Of a stretch of DNA of 64,000 bases, positions 10,437 through 20,344 are shown piece by piece. Origin of the DNA: Mobula hypostoma (taxonomy: Eukaryota); the NCBI RefSeq assembly GCF_963921235.1, contig NC_086097.1, positions 244,034,001-244,098,000 of the forward strand. The letters run 5' to 3'. The position numbers and the translations under genes are program-made. The notes beneath the pieces were generated by a model. The model searched no databases. It saw only the letters and a list, made by a program, of their open reading frames with translations, and had not been told where the DNA came from. How positions within the stretch are numbered: position 1 is the first letter of the stretch; the number at the start of each line of letters is the position of its first letter.

Positions 10437-11620
10437 AGGTTTAACATCACCGGCATATGTCATGAAATTTGTTGTTTTGTAGCAGCAGTACAATGCAATA
10501 CATAATAATAAAACTATAAATTACAACAAGAAATATACTTTTAAAAAAGTAAATTAAATAGGAATTGCAAAAAAGAGCAAAAAAAAATTGAGGTAGTGTA
10601 CATGGTTTCAATGTTCGTTCAGAAATCTGATGGCAAAGGGGAAGAAGCTGTTCCTAAAGCATTGAGCATGTGCCTTTAGGCTCCTGTAGCTCCTCCGTGA
10701 TGGTAGCATTGAGAAGAGAGCATGGCCTGGCTGACGGAAGACCTAAATGATGGATGCCACCTTTTTGAGGCATCGTTTTTGGAAAGTTTCTGGCTTGCTG
10801 GGGAGGCTAGTGCCAATGATGGAGTTGGGTGAGTTCACCACATTCTGCAGCTTTTTCTGATCCTGAGCATTGGCCCCATCTATACCAGACATCTATTACA
10901 GCCAGTTAGAATGCTCTCCACAGTACACCTGTAGAAATTCGCAAGAGTCTTTGGTGACATACCAAATCTCCTCAAACTCCTAATGAAGTGTAGCCAAACA
11001 ACAGGAATTCTGCAGATGCTGGAAATTCAAGCAACACACATAAAAGTTGCTGGTGAACGCAGCAGGCCAGGCAGCATCTCTAGGAAGAGGTGCAGTCGAC
11101 GTTTCAGGCCGAGACCCTTCGTCATGAAATGTAGCCGCTGTTGTGCCTTCTTTGTAAATTCATCAATATGCTGGGCCCATGATCGGTCTTCAAAATCCAA
11201 AGAAACCAAGATGGCAGCATTTATCTTTAAGAACCACGATCAGCCAGGACACGCCCTCTTCTCATTACTACCCTCAGAGAGCTGTGGACATGGCACTCAA
11301 CATTTTAGGAGCAGCTTCTTCTCCACCACTATCAGAATTCTGAATGGACAATGAACCCATGAACGGTTCCTCAGTATTTTGTCTCTCTTTTTGCACTTTG
11401 TGTGTAGATTTTCATTGATTCTGTTTTATTTCTCGGTTCCACTGTGAATGCCTGAAAGGAAATAAATCTCAAGGTGATATATTGTGACGTACTGTATACA
11501 TACTTTGATAACAAATTTACTTTGAACTTTTTAAATTCCTTTTATGTATTGCCCTGTGCCACTGTCACAGAACAAGAAATTTCGTAACGTTCAGTGGTAA
11601 TAATTCTGATTCTGAATTAC
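10437..11620. mobile_element. two Rex1/Babar-type 3' fragments (minus ~10437-11175; plus ~11195-11620)
   Basis: Degenerate KKAQQRL.F and HALFSLLPS coding; ACTTTGA/TGATTC tails. Confidence 0.7.
10996..11123 (-). mobile_element. Penelope-like terminal repeat fragment with partial hammerhead core
   Basis: 13-bp TSD ATGAA(G/A)TGTAGCC (10983-10995, 11124-11136); nearly identical to left arm of 20517-20742. Confidence 0.8.
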
Positions 11621-11771
11621 TTGACTTATTTCCGTGACAATGGCGCAAAGTGTCTCACTGCTGTTCCTGTATTCTGGACAGATGGCTCTCTTTATGCATT
11701 TTGGCGGAACTGAAACTTGATTATATCTAAACGCATTAAAATTAGCAATGACTTTGTCACTATTTCCTCAG

Positions 11772-11867
11772 TTGTTTGGTGTTCCAGAGCAAGTGTTACT
11801 TCCGGACGTGTTGGTTGAGATATTTCTCCCAGTCATACTGCATTCGCGACTGGTTCATCATTGCCAG
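11772..11867 (+). CDS. candidate internal exon, unknown product
   Basis: Unique sequence; tttcctcag acceptor, CAG|gtgatt donor; 96 nt open (LFGVPEQVLLPDVLVEIFLPVILHSRLVHHCQ); no recognised homology; the minus strand also has an open frame. Confidence 0.25.
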
Positions 11868-11904
11868 GTGATTTATGAAAGGGTCCAACGTATTTGGATT
11901 TAGT

Positions 11905-13245
11905 GGAATATAGAGCTGCAAGGTAATATTGCAACTCTATAAAACCCTGGCTAGATCACACCTGGAATACTGTGTTCAGTTCTGGTCATCACATTATAGA
12001 ACGGATGTGGAAGCTTTAGAGAGGGCGCAGAAGAGATTTACCGGGATGCTGCCTAAATTGGAGGGCATGTCTTATGAGGATAGGTTGAACCAGCCAGGGC
12101 TTTTCTGTTTGAGCGAAGGAGGTTAAGAGGTGATTTGATAAGAGGTGTACAAGATGATAAGAGGCATAGATCACATGCAGAGACAGAGATGTTTTCCAAT
12201 GGTAGAAATGGCTAATACAAGTGGGCATATTGAAAGAGAGTATAGGAGGATTGTCAGTAGTAGGTTTTCCACACAGAGGGTGGTAGGTGACTGGAATGCC
12301 CTGAAAGGGGTAGTTCTAGAGGTCAGTTTAAGATGGTGCTAGTGATGTCCAGTGACGACTTGTGAGCGGCAAAAATCAGAGCAAAGGAAGTAATGATATA
12401 CCTTACATTCATAACAATCAATGCTAATGACGGAGAGGCAAGCGAAGGGTAGTTGAGGTACATGGCACAGTCATGGCAAGCGGAGACAAGCGGTGGCTGA
12501 GGCGCAGGGAAAGCCCGGTCATGGCAGGCGAAGGCGGGGTCAAAGCAGAGTCAAGGCAAAGTCATGGCATCCCCAAGAGCGAGGAAAGTCCCGATGTCTG
12601 ATCAACTTAGGCACGGGGCTAAGTTGGAAAGATCGGGTATGGGCCGGCTCGTGGCAGTAGGATCCAGATCCCAGAGTGGACCAGGAACGGCCCAATGTCT
12701 GGACGATTTGAGCACCAAGCCAGATTGAAGCAGCTAAGGTGTCGGGACAGGAGACGAAGCGAGTGCCAGTTCTGCTTGCTGATCCATGACACTTACTCAG
12801 CTTGGCACTGAAAAGCAGTGCTGGCTGCAGTGATGTCTGGTTTTGTGTCTTTTATAAAACTCCAGTTCTGAAACTGTTTGCTTACTGTTGTTGTTTGGAC
12901 CATTTCTTTCTTTCTTTCTCTCTCTCTCCCCCCGCCCTCTTTCCCCCTTCCCCCCCAACATTGGGAGTTTGATGATCTTTTAATTAATGGGTTCTTTTGG
13001 GGTTTCTTTGTTGTGCAGCTGCCCGTAAGGAGACGAGTCTCAAGGTTGTATAATGTATACATACTTTGATAAAAAATGTACTTTGAACTTTGAGATATAC
13101 AAGGGGTATTTAAAGGCACATGGATGATAGAAAGATAGCTGACCAAAGTATATGGTGGGGAAGGTTCAGTTTGATCTTGGGTTGGCACAATATTGCGGGC
13201 TGAAGGGTCTGTACTCTGCTGTACTGTACTGTGTTCTATATTCTA
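11905..13245 (+). mobile_element. CR1 3' fragment interrupted by a non-autonomous element (~12329-13092)
   Basis: ORF 11929-12126 (LYKTL..HLEYCVQFWS); insert starts AAGATGGTG and ends ACTTTGAACTTTGA. Confidence 0.75.
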
Positions 13246-13591
13246 TTATTTTGGTTACAGAGAGATTCATACGCACAGAACCAGGTTCTTTTGCTCACCA
13301 AGTCTTTGCTGACTATCAACAACTCATCTTTGTATGCATTTCTTTCCCAATACCAATTGAAGTAGATGTCAGACCAGTTCCTGCTGACACCTTCCAGCCT
13401 GCACATGCAGGCACCTCTCCACCTTCACCCAGCTAATAGGATTCACCTGCCACTCATTCCAGGCCCATCACTTGCAGCCTATTTAAACCCAGATCTCATC
13501 CACAGCCCTTGGTCACTCATTGAACCAGCCGGCCTCAACCAGTTGCTCTGAGCTTTCACTCTCCCTGGCTAAAGCTTACCTTTGATGCCTG

Positions 13592-14825
13592 TGTCATAAG
13601 GCAGTGGCTGGGAACGGACCCATGTGCAAGACACAGACACTGAAGTACTAGGGACAGGACTAGGATACAGGGTGAGGGCAAGGACATGGACACGAAAACC
13701 AGGAACCCGGAACAGGACTGGACAAGAGAGCTAGGAGCCCGGGCTTGGACTCTGAGCCAGAGACTGGACAAGGACCCAGTACCTGGGTCTTGCCTCTGGC
13801 TCAGACCCCAGAACTAAGCAAGGATGAGGCTTGGCAGGCAGGCAGGAGGAGGCTGGAGTCTTCAGGCTTGAGGCTAGAGGCAAGGCTTGGCAGGAGGCAG
13901 GAGGCTGGAGTCTTCAGGCTTGAGGCTAGAGGTGAAGCTTGGCAGGAGGCAGGAGGCTGGAGTCTTCAGGCTTGAGGCTAGAGGCTAGAGACTAGAGACG
14001 AGGCTTGGCAGGAGACAGGAGGCTGGAGGCTTCAGGCTTCAGGCTTTAGGCTAGAGGCTAGAGATGAGGCTTGGCAGGAGGCAGGAGGCTGGGGTCCAGG
14101 CTTGAGGCTAGAGGCTAGAGACTTGAGGCGAGGCTTGGCAGGAGGCTGGAGACTTGAGACTTGAGGTGAGGCTTGGCAGGAGGCTGGAGACTTGAGACTG
14201 GAGGCTGGAGGCTCCTCCTGGGCAAGGAGTGGTACGCCTGGGCAGGGCACGGATCTCCACCCGACGGAGGCAAGGGACAGGAAGGGACAGAACCAACCGT
14301 AGGTAACGGCAATATGGCCTGGCTTACCCGATGAAGGCAGGGGACAGGAAGGGACAGAACCAACCACAGGTAACAGCAAGACGGCCTGGCTTACCCAACT
14401 GAGGCAAGGGACAGGAAGGGAGCTAGGTACGGGGTGGCTCCAGGACAAGACAGCAAGACAAGGCAAGGCTTCAGGCAATGCAAGGCAAGACAGAACTTCA
14501 GGCGAGGTGAGAGTTACCGGCAAGACAAGGCAGGGCTTCAGGCATTGCAAGGCAAAACGAGAACGTCAGGCGAGGCAAGAGTTACCGGCAGGGTTTCAGG
14601 CGAGGAAACAGAAGGCAGGGGAAGGGAAACAAGGAGTAAGGACAAGAACAATCCAGCAGCCACACCCTGGTCTCCGGAGGTATTTATGCAGCCAGCCCCA
14701 ACGAGCATCAGCTGACTCAATTAGCTCAACAAGAACAGAAACAGGATAGACAGGAAAACCTGGAGCAAGGGTCGATGGACCGGACTGTGAACCAGAATAC
14801 GGACTTCACAGACTGGACCATGACA
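13592..14825 (-). mobile_element. solo LTR (Gypsy-like) with internal minisatellites
   Basis: TGTCAT..ATGACA termini; 5-bp TSD GCCTG (13587-13591, 14826-14830); orientation tentative. Confidence 0.85.
13825..14420. repeat. purine-rich minisatellite arrays inside the LTR
   Basis: Variable units of GAGGCTTGGCAGGAGGCAGGAGGCTGGAGTCTTCAGGCTTGAGGCTAGA, then ~65-bp GGCAAGGGACAGGAAGGGACAGAACCAACC units. Confidence 0.9.
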
Positions 14826-15486
14826 GCCTGGGGTATTAGTTTCTGTTCTCCCTTGTTCGGTGGCCCATCATTGCTTGCTATTATTGAAGTTGTTGTTCAC
14901 GGATGAATCCTCTCTACTGCTCAAGCCTCCTCAATATTTCACAACAGTAAGCAGATCTCTTTCTGAGCCTCACCTCTTACTGAAAATTAATCCCTCTAGG
15001 TTTAGACAACACTGCTATGTGGAAGAAATTCATACTACCTATATCCCTCGTAATATTTTATATCTCAGTTCAGCTCACCCCTCAGTTTCCTTTTCACCAA
15101 GGAAAACAAACCCAGCTATCCAGTCTCTCTTCATGGCTACAAAGAAGGCATGACAGTGGCTGTATTTCATTATGAATTTGAGGAGATTTAGTATGTCACC
15201 AAAGGCACTCGCAAATTTCCACAGAAGTACCGTGCGGAGCATTCTAACCGGTTGCATCACCATCTGGTATCTGGGGAGGGGGGAAATGACTGAAGAGCGT
15301 CGAAGTAAGTTGCAGAGAGTTGTAAACTTAGTCAGCTCCATCATGGGCACCAACCTTTGTAGTTTCCAGGACATCTTCAAGGAGCGATGCCTCAAAAAGG
15401 CGGCATCCAACATTAAGGACCCCCCTCACGCAGGCTGTGCCTTGTTCTAATTGCTACCATCATAATTATTTAATTTACTATGTATA

Positions 15487-15883
15487 TGTAACACCCTGAG
15501 AAAGGTTTCACTGCTAATTTCTGTAGCTGCAGTGTTTGGGTAATGGCTAGAGATAGTGGGGGCTTTGGAATATGCGCTGTCCAATGAAAGGAGTGTTATT
15601 TTCTTGTTGCGTGCCTGAGAATGAGGTGATCTGGGTCTTTCGTTCGGCGAGAGATGAAGAGAAAAGATGCCAGAGAGGTCGTAGACACCAGAAAGGAGTG
15701 GACTTGGAGTGGGGCCAGGAGTTGACGAAGCCCGGGGAAAATCAATGGAAGACCTGCGGAAGGGAAGCCGTGAGCTCCAACTTGTGCACGTTAGACTCTT
15801 TTATTAAAATGGGCCCCTTTCTTTTTGTTTCACTTTACCAACCCTTTAGTCAAATTAAGAATTATAAAGCTAAATCGTTTAAT
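15487..15883 (+). mobile_element. 5' part of an LTR, inserted in a Rex1-type remnant
   Basis: Starts TGTAACACCC; overlaps in sequence with 178-370. Confidence 0.55.
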
Positions 15884-16821
15884 TTCATTTTTTCTATTAT
15901 TATGTAAAACATTGTACTGCTGTTGCAAAGGCATCACATTTCACAACATATGCCGGTGATATTAAACCTGATTCTGATTCTAATTCTGAAATACTTCATC
16001 TGTTCTTCATGATGAATCTCCCCTCCGGTGTAATGATTTTCTTCCTATCACGGCAGTCAGAACTGCACACCAAACTCCAGCTGTGATCTATGTTTTATAA
16101 GGTTGCACCACAACCTCCTCGCTCTTGTTCCGATTCAGATTTATTTATCGTGGAACAGTACAGTGAAATGCGTTGTTTGCCAACACAACCTGGAGATCTG
16201 CTTGGGGCAGTCCTCAAGTGATGCCACAGTATCACCGGCCTGTGCCATGAAATTTCTTGTTATATGGCAGCAGTACATTGCAACACATAATAATTTTAAA
16301 AATCTATGAATGACAGTAAGTAAATGTATTTTAAAAGTTAAATTAAATAAGTGGTGCAAAAAGAGAGAAAAAATGTAACGAGGTGGTTTCATGGGTTCAA
16401 TGTCCATTCAGAAATCTGATGGCACGGGGGAAGAAGCTGTTCCTGAATTGTTGAGTGTGTGCTTTCAGATTTCTGTACCTCCTTTCTGATGGTAGCAATG
16501 AGAAGAGGGCATGTTCTGGGTGATGGGTGTCTTTAATGACATATGCCCTCTTTATGAGGCATTGCTCCTTGAAGGTGTCCTGGATGCTGCCGCACCACGC
16601 CCACAATGCTCAGCAGAACAACACAGAACACAACAAGCAACGAAACAACAATGGCAGAACAAGCCCTGTTCCTTCGTTCCATCCACTTTTACACATGGTC
16701 AATTCTCCAACTCCAGGGCAATCCTCTGGGCCTCCAGTCCCCATCCCTGTCCCCAGGCCTCGGCCTTTGGCTTCAACTTCCATACTTCCAATTAACCTCA
16801 GGGCTCCGATCTTCAGTATAA

Positions 16822-17178
16822 ATAGATAGATAGATAGATAGACATACTTTATTAATCCCGAGGGAAATTGGGTTTCGTTACAGTTGCACCAACCAAGAAT
16901 AGAGAATAAATATAGCAATATAAAACCATAAATAATTAAATAATAATAATACGTAAATTATGCCAGATGGAAATAAGTCCAGGACCAGCCTATTGGCTCA
17001 GAGTGTTTGACCCTCCAAGGGAGGAGTTGTAAAGTTTGATGGCCACAGGCAGGAATGACTTCCTATGACACTCTGTGTTGCATCTCGGTGGAATGAATCT
17101 CTGGCTGAATGTACTCCTGTGCCCAACCAGTACATTATGTAATGGATGGGAGACATTGTCCAAGATGGCATGCAACTT
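16822..17178 (-). mobile_element. Rex1/Babar 3' end
   Basis: ORF 16990-17175 nearly identical to the end of 4039-4638; (TATC)n tail. Confidence 0.9.
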
Positions 17179-18739
17179 CCCCTAGACTAGATGATGATAG
17201 GACCCCAACTTCAGGCTTGAACTGCAGTCATATGAACGGACCGGTCCCTGTGCTTCCTAATCACATGGACGTCTGATTCTGGGACAGCCCAACATCCGTG
17301 GATGTCTTTCATCATTATCCATGTTTCTGGGCTTTGAGTATGGAGCGGAGACCCAGACTGCAAAAGTTCTTTGTCACCCGTCCATGTTGGTGGATGGAGA
17401 CCAATGCTTAGCTCCATTCTTTGTCCCAGCGAATGAGGCTGCCATCGGCACACTGCATATCTCAGTTGCTTGTACCTTTACACTGTTCCACACTAGAGAT
17501 CGGGACTCCGCATTCATTGTGTCTGTCCTGTTACTGTGGGGTCTCTCAAAATACAAAATTTGTGTTTGAGTAGGCTCAGGTGATGAGACTGGAATGAGCA
17601 GCAGGTGAATCCTACAGCACTAACAACCTGGGTTCAATTCGTACTGGTATCTGTAAGGAATCTGTATGTTCTCCCCCAAAACATGTTTTTCCTTCACGTG
17701 GTCTGTTTTCCTCCCACATTCCAAGGACGAAACAATCAGGGTCAGTAATTTGTAGGCATCCTATGTTGGCACTGGAAGCATGGCGACACCTGCGGGCTTA
17801 GACTGTGATGGTTGCTGTCACAAACGACGCATTTCACTGTATGTTACCATGTTTTGACATATAAAAAGTTGTTTATACACAAGAAGTTATTTATACACAG
17901 TAATGAATTATGAAGGCTATTGAACTGACCCCTGCGACTACTAGTCTAGGGAATAACCTTTGACCATCTCTTGTTGCTCCCTACCTGCGAGCCAATTATA
18001 AATCCAATTAGTTATCTCTCCCTGAATCCCATGTGATCTTAAGCAACTTTCCACAATAGCCTGCCATACTTGTCTGAGTTTAGAAGAATGAGGGGGGACT
18101 CTCATTGAAACATTGAATATTGAAGGGCCTGGATAGAGTGGATGGGGAGAGGATGTTCCCTGTAGTGTAAGACCAGACGGCACAACCTCAGAATAGAAGA
18201 TTGTCCCTTTAGAACAGAGATGGAGAGGAATTTCTTTAGCTACACACACAAAATGCTGGAGGAACTCAGCAGGTCAGGCAGCATCTATGGAAAAGAGTAC
18301 ACAGTCAACGTTCTGGGCCAAGCCAGGTGCTGCCTGATCTGCTGAGTTCCTCCAGCATTTTATGTGTGTTGCTTTGGATTTCCAACATCTGTAGACTTTC
18401 TTGTGCTCGGAATTTCTTTAGCCAGAGGATGATGAATCTGCGGAATTCATTGCCATGGACGGCGGTGGAGACCAAGTCATTGGGTATATTTAAAGTGAAG
18501 GTTGATAGGTTTTTGATTAATAAGGGCATGAAAGCTTACAGAGAGAAGGCAGGTGAATGTGGTTGAGGGGGAGGATAAATCAGCCATGATGGAATGACAG
18601 AGCGGACTCGATTGGCCAAATGGCCTGATTCTGTTCTTTTGTCGTAGAGTCTATGGTGTATATGGGACTTGGTCAAAGATTAGCTATTGTTCAGGAAGCC
18701 TTGAACACTATCAAACAGCTAATGCTTATTTCTTTTCAG

Positions 18740-18783
18740 GTGCTGCAGAGCAGACAAATTAACACTTTGCCTTTTGAACTAAG
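18740..18783 (+). CDS. candidate small exon
   Basis: ttatttcttttcag acceptor, AAG|gtttgg donor; phase-0 VLQSRQINTLPFELR compatible with 11772-11867. Confidence 0.2.
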
Positions 18784-18849
18784 GTTTGGACCAGGAGAGC
18801 GGGGGCTGATGCGGGGGGCCTGGTTAAGAGACCCGAGACTAAGGGAGGG

Positions 18850-19412
18850 TGTACCTGGAGTATTGTGTGCAGTTTTGGTCCCCTAATCTGAGGAAAGACA
18901 TTCTTGCCATAGAGGGAGTACAAAGAAGGTTCACCAGATTGATTCCTGCGATGGCAGGACTTTCATATGATGAAAGACTGGATCGACTAGGCTTATACTC
19001 TCTGGAATTTAGAAGATTGAGGGGGGAGCTTATTGAAACATATAAAATCCTAAAGGGATTGGACAGGCTAGATGCAGAAAGATTGTTCCCGATGTTGGGG
19101 AAGTCCAGAACGAGGGGTCACAGTTTGAGGATAAAGGGGAAGCCTTTTAGGACCGAGATGAGGAAAAACTTCTTCACACACAGAGTGGTGAATCTGTGGA
19201 ATTCTCTGCCACGGCAAACAGTTGAGGCCAGTTCATTGGCTATATATAAGAGGGAGTTAGATATGTCCCTTGTGGCTAAAGGGATCAGGGGGATATGGAG
19301 GGAAGGTAGGTACAGGGTTCTGAGTTGGATGATCAGCCATGATCATACTGAATGACGGTGCAGGCTCGAAGGGCTGAATGGCCTACTCCTGCACCTATTT
19401 TCTATGTTTCTA
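18850..19412 (+). mobile_element. young CR1 3' fragment
   Basis: ORF 18849-19355 (LEYCVQFWSP..TRGHSL..FFTHRVV); TTTCTATG tail; same subfamily as 36350-36897. Confidence 0.95.
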
Positions 19413-19429
19413 TGAATGAGTTATGGGGA

Positions 19430-20270
19430 AAATGTAGAGCAACACACACAAAATGCTGGAGAAACTCAGCAAATCAGGAAGCTTCTATGAAGAGGAATAA
19501 ACAGTTGATGTTTCAGGCCAAGACCCTTCATCAGGACTGAAAAAGAAGGGGGCAGAATCGGGAATAAGAAGATGAGGAGAGAGAGGAGTACAAGCTCACA
19601 GATGTTAGGTGAGACCAGGAGAGGTGTAAGGTTGGTCGATGGGGATGAGGCAAGAAGCTGTTTGGGGATAGGGTGAATGGAAAGGGGCTGTAGAAGAAGG
19701 AGTCTATTAAGAGAGGACAGTGGCCCATGGGAGAAAGGAAAGGTGGAGGGACACCAGAGGGAGGTGATGGGCAGATGAGAAGAGGGGAACCAGAATGGAG
19801 AGTGGAAAAAGAGAGAAGCACGTGGGGGCGGGGGTTGAAATTACTGGAAATTAGATACATCATTGTTCATACCATCAGGTTGGAGGCTAGCCAGGTGTGA
19901 TATGAGGTGTTGCTCCTCAAACCTGAGAGTGACCTCATTGTGGCAGTAGAGGAGGGCATGGACCCAATATGTCAGAATGGGAATGGGAGGTTAAATTGAA
20001 ATGGGTATCCCCACTGGGAAACGCAGGCTCTTGCGACAGACAGAGTGAAGGTGTTCGACAAAGTGGTCGCCAAACTGCAGCAGGTGTCACTGATGTAGAG
20101 GAAACCATGGCAGATACAGTAGATGATCCCGATAGATTTGCAGGTGAAGTGTTGCACCTCCAGGAGGGACTTTTTGGAGCCTCAGTGGTGGTGAACAGAA
20201 GGCGTAAGAGCTGGTGTAACTTGTTCTGCTTGCAGGAAAACGTTTCCAGGATAAGGGATGCTGGGGAAGA
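19430..20270 (-). mobile_element. Penelope-like element remnant (GIY-YIG + terminal repeat)
   Basis: ORF 19972-20157 FTCKSIGIIYCIC..LYISDT; CpG-decayed hammerhead motif ~19502-19540. Confidence 0.8.
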
Positions 20271-20344
20271 GGGTAATCAGGAACCAGGGCTGGTGGAGAA
20301 ACCTGTGATGTGCAACATTTGGAGAATTCATTGGGTAGTATTAA

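Larger units (their letters stand above)
13367..14946 (+). mobile_element. older solo LTR split by a younger LTR
   Basis: TGTC..ACA termini; CCTATTTAAA TATA-like box; TSD degenerate. Confidence 0.5.

Noticed and set aside
13825..14420. CRISPR-like repeat array
   Set aside because: No unique spacers and no cas genes; eukaryotic LTR minisatellite
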